NCBI GenBank assembly: GCA_030055465.1
Contig: JASFYF010000001.1
Coordinates: forward strand, 958,581-1,022,580
DNA length: 64,000 bases
Direction of reading: 5' to 3'
From: Candidatus Nezhaarchaeota archaeon
GTDB lineage: Archaea > Thermoproteota > Methanomethylicia > Nezhaarchaeales > WYZ-LMO8
Part shown: positions 48,296-56,869 of the stretch, one piece after another
Layout: every line of letters starts with the position of its first letter
Numbering within the stretch: the stretch's first letter is position 1
Program-made: the position numbers and the translations under genes
Notes under the pieces: generated by a model
The model's input: only the letters and a program-made list of their open reading frames with translations
What the model was told of the DNA's origin: nothing
Database searches by the model: none

Positions 48296-49506
48296 GGTGT
48301 GTGACTACAAATAGGGATAAGTACGTGAAATACATCAACCCCAGAAGGGGGTACGCAGATCCCAGATATTTAAACGTGAATCCCATACAACGCGGCGGCA
48401 TCCTAACTGAGGAGGCTAAAGCGGCCCTTTTGGAGTGGTGTGACGGTTACTCGGTCTGCGATTTTTGTCCACCGCAAACCCCAAGGCTCGACAAAATAGC
48501 GAACCCGCCGATAAGCGAGTTCTACCGCGACTTGGCCGAATTCTTGGGCATGGATGAGGCGAGGGTCGTAACGAGATGTCGAGAAGCTAAGTTCATAACC
48601 TTTAAAATGCTTGGGAAAGCCGGGGACTACGTGGTTCTTGACAGCTTAGCACACTATTCTAGCTACTTAGCTGCTGAGCTTTCAGGCCTACGCGTAAAGG
48701 AGGTTCCAAACTCGGGTTACCCCTACTATAAGGTTAACCCTGAGGACTACGCCCTGAAAATAGAGGAAGTCATCAAGGAGACAGGTAAACCTCCAGCCTT
48801 GGCGTTGATAACACACGTCGACTACCTCTACGGAAACATGGTTGAAGCCTCGAAAATAGCCGAAATATGCCATCAATACGAAGTACCAGTCGTACTGAAT
48901 GCAGCCTATACCGCTGGTGTAAGCCCCGTGAACGGCAAAGAACTTAACGTTGACGTAGTGGTGAGCAGTGGACATAAGAGCTGGGCCGCATGCGCCCCCA
49001 CTGGAATTCTGGCGATGAACGAGGAGGCTGCAGGAAGAATATTGAAGCCTTCCGCGATAGAGGGAGATGTGACGAGGAGGAGCTTTAAATTCAAGGAGGT
49101 AGCGTTACTGGGCTGCACGGTGATGGGAGCTCCGCTCGTCAGCTTAATGGCCTCATTCCCGTACGTCGCAAAACGAGTTCAACGCTGGAGCGAAGAAGTC
49201 GAGAAAGCCCGTTACGTCGTAGAACAGCTTGAGCGAATAGACGGATTCAGGCAATTAGGTCTAAGACCTAAGATGCATACCCTGATACACATGGAGTCGG
49301 CGAGCCTCTACGAGGTTTCTAGGAAGCATAAGCGCAGAGGCTACTTCTTGTATGACGAGTTGAAGAGTAGGTACATCGTTGGGATCCAGCCTGGCTTAAC
49401 CAAGCACTTCAAGTTTAACGTCTACGGCTTATCGTGGGACCAGGTCAAACACCTCGTCAGGAGCTTCCATGAGATAGCTGAGAAATACGGGATCGAAGTG
49501 AGGTGA
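48292..49506 (+). CDS. pscS: O-phosphoseryl-tRNA(Cys) to Cys-tRNA(Cys) synthase (SepCysS)
   Basis: 404 aa with NPIQRGGILTEEA, DGYSVCDFC and SSGHKSWAA (PLP lysine), which I recognise as SepCysS signatures. Confidence 0.8.
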   Translation: MRCVTTNRDKYVKYINPRRGYADPRYLNVNPIQRGGILTEEAKAALLEWCDGYSVCDFCPPQTPRLDKIANPPISEFYRDLAEFLGMDEARVVTRCREAKFITFKMLGKAGDYVVLDSLAHYSSYLAAELSGLRVKEVPNSGYPYYKVNPEDYALKIEEVIKETGKPPALALITHVDYLYGNMVEASKIAEICHQYEVPVVLNAAYTAGVSPVNGKELNVDVVVSSGHKSWAACAPTGILAMNEEAAGRILKPSAIEGDVTRRSFKFKEVALLGCTVMGAPLVSLMASFPYVAKRVQRWSEEVEKARYVVEQLERIDGFRQLGLRPKMHTLIHMESASLYEVSRKHKRRGYFLYDELKSRYIVGIQPGLTKHFKFNVYGLSWDQVKHLVRSFHEIAEKYGIEVR

Positions 49507-50690
49507 GGGCATTACTCTACGACACGGTCATAGTGAGGCACGGGCCCGAGACGGGTGTTAAAAGCGCCGTTACCCGGGCAAGATATGACAGGTTACTCCT
49601 GAAAAACATGGAAGCTAAGGTTAGATCAGCCGGCCTAAGCCTCGAAAAGGTGGATAGAAGATTTGGGAGAATATACGTTAAAACCGATACCCCTAGCGAA
49701 GTAGCTAGGTGCTTGTCGAGGGTGTTCGGAATATCATCTACGTCGCCTGCGGCATCATGCAGGGCTGATCTCGATTCAATAGCTGAAACCGCTGTGAAGC
49801 TAACTGAAAAGAGGGGAGGTCAAGACGTTAGGTTTGCCGTTAGATGCAGGAGGGTTGGGAGCCACAACTTTACGAGCATGGATGTGTGCAGGTACGTGGG
49901 CAGCAGGATCTTAGACTCCATGGGACCTATGGGGTGGCGCGTAGACCTCGAAGAGCCGGATTGCACGATAGGAGTTGAGGTAAGGGATCAAGACGCGTTT
50001 GTCTACACCGAAGTCATAAAAGGCGTGGGGGGTTTTCCCCTAGGCTCTCAGGGAAGCCTTCTCTGCCTTTTAAGCAGCGGCATCGACTCCCCCGTAGCGT
50101 CGTGGTTGGTCATGAAGAGGGGGTGTACCGTTACGCTGCTCCACTTGGACTTGGGGGATCTGGGCAGCGAAGATGCCTTCGACAGCGTTGTAGGAATAGC
50201 GAGGGTCCTCAACGAGTGGTCCCCCGCATTTGAGGTTAGGCTCCTTGCAATATCATTCGGAGAAATTGTGCTAAAGGAAGTAGTTGAAAAGTGCCCCTCG
50301 AAGATCAGGTGCGTTCTCTGCAAGAGAATGATGCTCCGCATAGCTGAAAGAGTGGCCATCAGAAGAGGGCTTCTAGGCATAGTTACAGGCGACTCTATAG
50401 GTGAGCAGGCTAGCCAAACCCTCGGGAACATGGCAGTTATAGGCGAAGCCGCTAAGGGCCTGCCCATCTACAGGCCCTTAATAGGCTTTGATAAGCCTGA
50501 AACCGAAAGGATAGCCAGAGAAATAGGGACATATGATATTTCGGCGAGGTCCAGCGTGGCCTGCAAGGCTGCACCATCAAAGCCGACAGTGAGGGCACGG
50601 CTTGAAGAAGTCGCTAAATGGGAGAAGTCATTAGACGTTTACCAGCTTCTAGAGAAGGCCCTAGCGAGCCTCGTTGAGGTAAGCCTCTAA
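49503..50690 (+). CDS. thiI: tRNA 4-thiouridine synthase ThiI (THUMP plus PP-loop, no rhodanese domain)
   Basis: A THUMP-like N-terminal half followed by the SSGIDSPVA PP-loop. GTGA overlap with SepCysS. Confidence 0.85.
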   Translation: MRALLYDTVIVRHGPETGVKSAVTRARYDRLLLKNMEAKVRSAGLSLEKVDRRFGRIYVKTDTPSEVARCLSRVFGISSTSPAASCRADLDSIAETAVKLTEKRGGQDVRFAVRCRRVGSHNFTSMDVCRYVGSRILDSMGPMGWRVDLEEPDCTIGVEVRDQDAFVYTEVIKGVGGFPLGSQGSLLCLLSSGIDSPVASWLVMKRGCTVTLLHLDLGDLGSEDAFDSVVGIARVLNEWSPAFEVRLLAISFGEIVLKEVVEKCPSKIRCVLCKRMMLRIAERVAIRRGLLGIVTGDSIGEQASQTLGNMAVIGEAAKGLPIYRPLIGFDKPETERIAREIGTYDISARSSVACKAAPSKPTVRARLEEVAKWEKSLDVYQLLEKALASLVEVSL

Positions 50691-51613
50691 GGGCCTCGCC
50701 CCTTCAAGTACTCGTATGCCGAGAGAGCGGCCTTGGCTCCATCACCAGCTGCAATGATTACTTGCTTGTACGGCGTTATCGTGGCGTCTCCGGCAGCAAA
50801 TACCCCTTCCCGTGAAGTTCTGCAGAGAGCGTCAACCACTATTTGGCCCTTATCGTCAAGGGCCACGAAGCCCTTAAGGAAGTTGCCCCTCACCTCTCTT
50901 CCCGCCTCCACGAATACCGCGTTGACGTTCAAAAGCTCTTCAGCCCCGCTCGAGGCGTCCTTGAGCTTTATCCACTCCACAAATCTTTCTCCGCCGATCT
51001 CTATGGGAACTTTATTTAGCTTTTTGACCACGTTGTTTCTTGAGTTAAGCCTCTCTATGAGGGATTGGGCAGCTCTAAGTTCTCCTCTCCTATGAACTAG
51101 ATAGACTGTTTTCGCCAGCGCGCTTAGATACACTGCGGCATCAAGAGCCGAGTTTCCGCCACCTATGACTGCGACATTTCTACCCCTAAAAAGGGGGCCA
51201 TCGCAAACGGCGCAATAAGAAACTCCCTTCCCGCGGAATTCTTCTTCACCTTTAATGCCGAGCTTCTTGGGCTCGGCTCCAATTGCTAATATTAAAGCCC
51301 TGCACTTAAAGTGACCACTCCAAGATGTTTTGACCAGAAATACACCCCCAAATTCTTCAATACCCACAACTTCGTCGTTTAAAATATTAATGCCGAGCGA
51401 TTCTACATGTTCACGGAACCTCTCCATGAGCTCTATACCAGTAATGTGCTTAAACCCCGGATAGTTCTCTATTGTTGAAGCCTCCGCTGCCTGCCCACCA
51501 AGGGTTTTCCCGATAACCTGAACCTTCAAACCGCTCCTTGCGCAGTAGATGGCAGCGGTTAAACCAGCGGGTCCGGAGCCCACAATTACGACATCAAGGA
51601 GTTCTGCAGCCAA
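50687..51613 (-). CDS. trxB: thioredoxin reductase
   Basis: GSGPAG and GGGNSA dinucleotide motifs and the redox-active CAVCDG. Confidence 0.88.
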   Translation of the reverse strand: MAAELLDVVIVGSGPAGLTAAIYCARSGLKVQVIGKTLGGQAAEASTIENYPGFKHITGIELMERFREHVESLGINILNDEVVGIEEFGGVFLVKTSWSGHFKCRALILAIGAEPKKLGIKGEEEFRGKGVSYCAVCDGPLFRGRNVAVIGGGNSALDAAVYLSALAKTVYLVHRRGELRAAQSLIERLNSRNNVVKKLNKVPIEIGGERFVEWIKLKDASSGAEELLNVNAVFVEAGREVRGNFLKGFVALDDKGQIVVDALCRTSREGVFAAGDATITPYKQVIIAAGDGAKAALSAYEYLKGRGP

Positions 51614-51720
51614 ACGTTAAACCTCCACTATCATGTTTGACGTCAGCTAGCTCGACAATTCCTCTGTAAATACATCGCTAAGCTTTTTAAACTTAAATTG
51701 GGAATTAAACTGCGAGGAAC

Positions 51721-51948
51721 TTGATGATAGCATACATACTGCTGAAGACAGCCATAGCAAGGGAGCACGAGGTGGTCCAAGAAATCCAGCACATCCCAGG
51801 AATAATAGAAGCGAAGATAGTATTCGGGGAGTACGACGTAGTAGTAAAAGCGCATGTCGAAAACGTGAGGGTGCTCGACGAGATAGTGACCACTATAAGG
51901 AAAATTGATGGGGTGGCGAACACCTCAACGCTTATAGCCCCTGAATAA
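51721..51948 (+). CDS. stand-alone Lrp/AsnC ligand-binding (RAM) domain protein
   Basis: 75 aa with the pattern AYILLKT...V..I..IPGI.EA..VFGEYDVVVK. Confidence 0.7.
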   Translation: MMIAYILLKTAIAREHEVVQEIQHIPGIIEAKIVFGEYDVVVKAHVENVRVLDEIVTTIRKIDGVANTSTLIAPE

Positions 51949-51995
51949 GGAACAGTTTAAATCCTCCTTCTGCTAAAACCAAAAACGCAGCTAAT

Positions 51996-52109
51996 GCGGG
52001 GGTTCCCGAGCAGGTCAAAGGGGCGGGACTCAAGATCACGTGTAAGACGTTGAGGTGATGGAAGATCCCGTGGCGTAGGCCTTCGTGGGTTCGAATCCCA
52101 CCCCCCGCA
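51996..52109 (+). tRNA. tRNA-Leu(CAA), class II, with a 30-nt intron at 37/38 (52035-52064)
   Basis: Acceptor GCGGGGG/CCCCCGC. Anticodon stem CGGGA...TCCCG encloses 37 nt beginning CTCAAG. T arm GTGGG-TTCGAAT-CCCAC. No encoded CCA. Confidence 0.85.
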
Positions 52110-52155
52110 CTAATTTACTAGTAAATTATAAATACTTGAACGCTGTTTATTTCTG

Positions 52156-52704
52156 TTGGTGGTTGTGACGAGGCCTGATAGGGGTAAGACGCGTACGATT
52201 AAGGATCGGGCGGTTTATGTTTATTTGCCTAGTTTGGAGATGGTTGAGGATTGGCGGCGGCGGGCTGAGAAGGCTGGTATTTCAATTTCTAGGTTTGTTG
52301 TTGAGCGTGTTGAGGATTCTATTAGGCGAGAAGAGGGTGAAGAAGGCTATCTAAGCCGTACTGAACTTGTTAAGCGTTTACGCAGCGCCGAAGAGGAGTT
52401 GAAGAAGCTCCGCGAGGAGAATAGGCTTCTAAAGAGGCTTGCCGAGAACCTTGATAATGAGCTAAAGCGGTATAGGGCCCAGCCTTTCCTCAACGAAGTT
52501 TTTGAGGGTATAAGGCAATTTGACAGAGACCTTATAGAGCTTCTAAGGAAGGGCGGTTCCTTTACGCAGGAGGACATTTTGGCGCACCTAAACATTGACC
52601 CATCTGACGTGGAACTGGTTAGGGCTGTTGACAGGCAGCTTGAAGCCCTTGAAGCCTACGGTCTAGTCGAGTACAAGGGTAGGGGTTGGCGGTGGACGGG
52701 TTAA
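52156..52704 (+). CDS. hypothetical DNA-binding protein (RHH-like N-terminus, coiled coil, wHTH-like C-terminus)
   Basis: 182 aa with AVYVYLPSLEMVEDWRRRAEKAGISISRFVVERV (RHH-like). It overlaps the integrase start by 19 nt. Confidence 0.5.
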   Translation: MVVVTRPDRGKTRTIKDRAVYVYLPSLEMVEDWRRRAEKAGISISRFVVERVEDSIRREEGEEGYLSRTELVKRLRSAEEELKKLREENRLLKRLAENLDNELKRYRAQPFLNEVFEGIRQFDRDLIELLRKGGSFTQEDILAHLNIDPSDVELVRAVDRQLEALEAYGLVEYKGRGWRWTG

Positions 52705-53642
52705 GTCTAAAAACTTTGCAGAGACCATTGACTTTGATTGAGGATTTCAGCCGAGACTGCAGACTTAGGGGCATGACTGACGAAAGCATAAGGAGATACA
52801 TGTCAAGCCTAAGAATATTTGCAAAATTCCTCGAGGAGCGTGGCTTAAACGTAAATTATGTGAATGCGAATTTTCTAAGGGATTTTCTTCAGCACGTGGT
52901 TTATGAGCGGAAAGCTAAGTATAAGACTGTTGAGAACTATTTTTCTGCGCTTTCAGCCTTCTACGATTATTTGGCCTTTGAGGGCTATGTCGCCAGCAAC
53001 ATTGTCCTGCCATTCAGAAAGAGGTATCTTAAACGCTATAAGGGCGGCTATGATGATCCTGAAAGGAGGCTTCTAAGCATTGAGGAGATGAGCCGACTAG
53101 TAAACTCTATTTTGGATCCAAGGGACAAGGCCATAGCTGTATTGTTGGCGAAGACCGGGATAAGGCGCGGAGAACTTTTAAGACTTGACATAAACGACAT
53201 AAACTGGGCTGAATATTCCATAACGCTTAAGCCCACGCCTAAAAGAAGCAACAGAACGGTGTTCTTTGATGATGAATGCGCAGCTGCCCTTAGAAGATGG
53301 CTTAAAGTGAGAGAGAAGTTGAACCCGCCTACAAACGCGCTCTTCATAAGCTACCAAAGCCTAAGAAGGCTGGACAGAAACGGCCTATACACAGCCATAG
53401 CCAAATATGCAAAACGCTTAGGCTTCCATAATCCAGATTCGCCGAGGCTGGAAGACCACTTCGGGCCTCATTGTTTCAGACACTGGTTTACAACTTGGCT
53501 TATCAGAAACGGCATGCCCCGCGAATACGTGAAAGAGCTGAGAGGCGACAAACGCTACGAAGCCATAGACATATACCACCACATAGACCGTCAAGAACTA
53601 AGAAAAGCATACCTAGCATGCATACCAAAACTAGGGATTTAA
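52686..53642 (+). CDS. tyrosine recombinase / phage-type integrase
   Basis: 318 aa with an N-terminal SAM-like domain. Catalytic-type residues are AKTGIRRGEL, HCFRHWF, LRGD and ..IDIYHH. Confidence 0.88.
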   Translation: MAVDGLSLKTLQRPLTLIEDFSRDCRLRGMTDESIRRYMSSLRIFAKFLEERGLNVNYVNANFLRDFLQHVVYERKAKYKTVENYFSALSAFYDYLAFEGYVASNIVLPFRKRYLKRYKGGYDDPERRLLSIEEMSRLVNSILDPRDKAIAVLLAKTGIRRGELLRLDINDINWAEYSITLKPTPKRSNRTVFFDDECAAALRRWLKVREKLNPPTNALFISYQSLRRLDRNGLYTAIAKYAKRLGFHNPDSPRLEDHFGPHCFRHWFTTWLIRNGMPREYVKELRGDKRYEAIDIYHHIDRQELRKAYLACIPKLGI

Positions 53643-53888
53643 AACAGCCACCTTCACGAACAGCCAAAAACTCAAAGTTTTATTTTCGGCTTTCCAAACA
53701 GACCAGATTTAGGCTTCTTTTCACAATAAAACAAGCGAAAATACGCGAAAAACTCTAGTTTTAGGTCAAAAGTGGTAGCTGTTTCCCAGAGTCTTGGAAC
53801 CACTAAGACCGTCATTAACCTGTTCGCTTAGCTGCAACTAACGGAAAATTATATTTCACGTTCGTTATGAAATTTGAATTTTAGGTTG

Positions 53889-54149
53889 CTATTGATAAAT
53901 CTTTTTTCGGGTGTCTATTTTGGCGACGACTATTATTTTTTCTTGTTCGTAGACTTTGAATAGTGCTCGGTATTTTCCTACGCGTAGCCTGAAAGTGTTT
54001 GCCTCACCTGCAATTTTAACTATGTCAAGTTTAATAGCTGGAAAATCCTCCAACTGTTTAAGCTTGTCGACTATGCGCTGCTTGTCTTCAAGGCTGATTC
54101 TCTTTAAAAATTCATCTGCACTTTTATGGAGGAAAACTTTAAACTTCAT
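53889..54149 (-). CDS. relE: RelE/ParE-family toxin
   Basis: 86 aa with a typical archaeal RelE pattern (FRLRVGKYRALFKVYEQEKIIVVAKIDTRKKIY). Confidence 0.8.
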   Translation of the reverse strand: MKFKVFLHKSADEFLKRISLEDKQRIVDKLKQLEDFPAIKLDIVKIAGEANTFRLRVGKYRALFKVYEQEKIIVVAKIDTRKKIYQ

Positions 54150-54342
54150 CGAGAGGTTTCAACTCGTTAAAACGCTTCTCCTTGATTATCTCATCAACCT
54201 CTTTAAGCAACACGCACTCCTCAGCAGTTAGAAAAACATCCTCAAGAAAATCCCTCAACTCATCAAGCTTCCTACCGATCTCCTCAACCTTCTCTAAAAC
54301 CGTTTCACCCAAAAAACCACCCAAATAAACGAATACAAACAC
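54139..54342 (-). CDS. aRelB-like antitoxin
   Basis: Small acidic helical protein that overlaps relE by 11 nt. It resembles archaeal RelB. The likely start is an internal TTG (LGETVLEKV). Confidence 0.5.
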   Translation of the reverse strand: MFVFVYLGGFLGETVLEKVEEIGRKLDELRDFLEDVFLTAEECVLLKEVDEIIKEKRFNELKPLDEV

Positions 54343-54602
54343 ATCCTAATAACACTTACTTCTCCCACCTAAATACTTCCGTTATCAGCGATTAAAAGAA
54401 CATTTTAGGGAAAGGATGATTGCTTGATTTTACTGCTAAGGGGCGGCCACTTGGGTTACATCATGCGTTTCTACCTTCAATCGCTAGCAAGTTCTGCGAC
54501 ATCAAATTCAACAAGTATAGAGTTGATTATGGAGAATACGGTATAGGATGAGTAAATAATATATAGGAGTCATATATATGTGGACTTCCTTAGACCATTA
54601 GA

Positions 54603-55532
54603 GTGATGGCTATGACTGATGTGTTGACGAACGTTGCATACTTTCTTGTCACTATTTTAATTGAGCTTATCCCGCTTTTCCTTATTGTTACCTTTTTTGC
54701 TGGTTTGGCTCTTGAATACATTTCTCCGGAAACCCTTAAGAAGTACTTGACGGGTAGAAGAGGTTTTATTGGCTTATTGCTGGCTGTTGTTTTCGGTTTT
54801 ATAACACCTTTCTGTTCGTGCTCAACAATCCCCGTGCTTGCTGGGATGATTACGGCAAGAATTCCAATTGGCGTTTTGACCGCTTTCTTGTTCGCGTCGC
54901 CCTATCCAATCGAAGTTGCAATCGTGTTGGCACCCATTTTCGGCTGGACACTTGCCTTAACTTTCTGCCTTGCAGGAGCCGTAATAGCCCTACTAAGCGG
55001 GGTTCTTGTTGAAAAGCTTGGATGGCAAGACGAGGTGAAGCCTCTTCTGATACCATTTGGAATGATCAACACCGCTGGTAGTGGAGTTGCCGAAGCTGTT
55101 AAAGTTGGCTTCAAGGTTAAAGCTAAACGTGCAGCCAAATACTCCTTTGATTTCTTCCGTAAGCTAGCCGCATACATCATTATTGGCAGCGTCATCGGTG
55201 CATTCATCTATGGACTTGTGCCCTCCGAATTTATTGCAACCTATGCTGGAGGATCAAATGTTCTCGCAGTGATCATCGCAGCTTTAATTGGAGTTCCGCT
55301 CTACGTAAGCATAATACCAGTAATCCCCATCGTTTACTCCCTGTACCTTAAAGGATTAAGCGCGGGAGCCGTAATAGCCTTTCTAATAACTGCCACTGCG
55401 ATAAGCCCGCCAGAATTAATCATGCTTTCAGGCATGTTTAAGAAAAAATTCATAGCATTCTTTGTAATAATGATGGTTTTGGGGAGCATAGTAACAGGTT
55501 ATCTCCTTAATGCGATATCATGGGGTGTTTGA
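54603..55532 (+). CDS. COG0701-type permease, ArsP-like
   Basis: 309 aa and polytopic, with the motif ITPFCSCSTIPV. Confidence 0.75.
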   Translation: MMAMTDVLTNVAYFLVTILIELIPLFLIVTFFAGLALEYISPETLKKYLTGRRGFIGLLLAVVFGFITPFCSCSTIPVLAGMITARIPIGVLTAFLFASPYPIEVAIVLAPIFGWTLALTFCLAGAVIALLSGVLVEKLGWQDEVKPLLIPFGMINTAGSGVAEAVKVGFKVKAKRAAKYSFDFFRKLAAYIIIGSVIGAFIYGLVPSEFIATYAGGSNVLAVIIAALIGVPLYVSIIPVIPIVYSLYLKGLSAGAVIAFLITATAISPPELIMLSGMFKKKFIAFFVIMMVLGSIVTGYLLNAISWGV

Positions 55533-55880
55533 ATGAATAAGCAAAACAAAATCATGATAGAAATCTATGAGAACGATCCATTCTCTGGGGGGTGCTGTGG
55601 TCTAGGAGGAGCCTCCATACAAGCCGCAATGAACCTAATGAAAACGTTGAAGGAAAGAGCGGAAATTGTTGCCAAAATTAAAGATGAATTCAAAAACGTT
55701 GAGATAAAAAGGGATATAGTCAATCCTCTGAAGAAACTAGAATATTACCAAGAACATGCAAGACAACATATCGCTTCAAGTACACCATTACCATTTGTGC
55801 TTATAAACGGTAAACTCGCCGTTGTAGGCGCTTTTCCAACACTCGACGAGTTCAGAAAAATAATCAAAGAATATCTTTGA
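55533..55880 (+). CDS. ArsD-like thioredoxin-fold protein
   Basis: 115 aa with IEIYENDPFSGGCCGLGG near the N-terminus and LPFVLINGKLAVVGAFPTLDEF near the C-terminus, paralleling ArsD. It starts directly after the permease stop. Confidence 0.6.
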   Translation: MNKQNKIMIEIYENDPFSGGCCGLGGASIQAAMNLMKTLKERAEIVAKIKDEFKNVEIKRDIVNPLKKLEYYQEHARQHIASSTPLPFVLINGKLAVVGAFPTLDEFRKIIKEYL

Positions 55881-55905
55881 ATGGCGATGTCTGGGAGGCG
55901 GTTGA

Positions 55906-56070
55906 ATGGGAAAGTGTGAAATCTGCGGAAGAGAAAACGTCAGCCTTTTATATGCCAGACAAAAAGACTCCAATTCTCTCGTAAAGATGTGCCAGGACTG
56001 TTGGAGAAAAGCCTACGCTGAAAATAGGCTTGTATCCGGATCGGGAAGTTCAGGCGGCTGCTGCAGTTGA
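55906..56070 (+). CDS. unannotated 54-aa zinc-ribbon protein with Gly/Ser linker and C-terminal CC pair
   Basis: An ATG at 55906 is preceded by GGAGG (55895-55899). Translation: MGKCEICGRENVSLLYARQKDSNSLVKMCQDCWRKAYAENRLVSGSGSSGGCCS. Its stop overlaps a TTG at 56067 of padR (TTGA). It is below the 60-aa cutoff of the ORF track. Confidence 0.45.
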   Translation: MGKCEICGRENVSLLYARQKDSNSLVKMCQDCWRKAYAENRLVSGSGSSGGCCS

Positions 56071-56423
56071 ATAGGAAATGTTACTGGGACAAGTCTTTCA
56101 TGCTTGGCCACGCAAAGCTTATGGTGCTGGCAGTTCTAAGAGATAAGCCACTCCACGGCTACGGCATAATCAAAGAAATCAAAAGCAGATCAAACAATTG
56201 CTGCTCCATAACAGTCGGAACCATCTACCCCGTCTTGAAAACGCTAGAATCAGAAGGACTAATAAAAAGCGAAAAGGTTCTAGAAAAAGGAAGAGAAAGA
56301 ATCGCTTACAAAATAACCCCAAGGGGAAGAAAAGTGCTGGCAGAAGGATTGAAAAGATGGATCGAATTCACCGAAGGAGCAAAGAAAATACTAATAACAA
56401 ATACCGAGCAAGCAGCATCCTAG
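56067..56423 (+). CDS. PadR-family transcriptional regulator
   Basis: LMVLAVLRDKPLHGYGIIKEI...GTIYPVLKTLESEGLI. An alternative start is the ATG at 56100. Confidence 0.85.
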   Translation: MNRKCYWDKSFMLGHAKLMVLAVLRDKPLHGYGIIKEIKSRSNNCCSITVGTIYPVLKTLESEGLIKSEKVLEKGRERIAYKITPRGRKVLAEGLKRWIEFTEGAKKILITNTEQAAS

Positions 56424-56428
56424 AACCC

Positions 56429-56826
56429 TTAACCTTTACTTCCGACTTCACTACTGGCAAGTTTAGTGTCGACTTTCGCAGTCAAAGCATAGGTCGCTTT
56501 CGCGGTTTGCCCAGAATACTTTGCCGCATTTTTGCATATTATTTTCCGTAGCAAGTCCTTATCTTCAGAATTTATAAGTGTTAAAGCGAAGTTTGGTTTT
56601 GGGAAGCTTATGGCTTTTTGTGGCATATGGGTTCGCATGTAGCGCATCCGTTAACGCATTTATGGGGATTAGCCACCATGGCTTTTCCGTCTTTGAAGGC
56701 AAATACATCGTTTGGGCAGTATTCTACGCAGCGGGCATGCCATAAGAAGCACATCCAAATTATTATCCCAAAATAGCTTGTTATGAACTTTATAGAGACG
56801 TAGAGAAAGCACAGGCCGAATATCAA
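56429..56826 (-). pseudogene. decayed 2x[4Fe-4S] ferredoxin-like gene
   Basis: The second motif reads CVNGCATCEPIC and then shifts frame: HKKP-stop in frame A, PQKAISF in the frame reached by adding one C. The first motif reads CFLWHARCVEYCP, where WH replaces the expected Cys. Confidence 0.4.
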
Positions 56827-56869
56827 TTTTAGCGTGGTGGTTTTGAAGCGTTTAATTATGGCAACGAAG

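Larger units (their letters stand above)
52110..54342. mobile_element. integration module next to tRNA-Leu(CAA): RHH/wHTH protein, tyrosine integrase, aRelB/RelE
   Basis: The gene content lies directly 3' of a tRNA gene. No att direct repeat was found in the window, so the far boundary is undefined. Confidence 0.5.

Noticed and set aside
49634-49643. A 10-nt identity (CTAAGCCTCG) between the hypD insert and a site inside thiI.
   Set aside because: It is in frame within conserved coding sequence with no flanking repeat or hairpin. I estimate about 0.1 expected chance occurrences of a 10-mer in 128 kb of two-strand sequence, so it is treated as coincidence.
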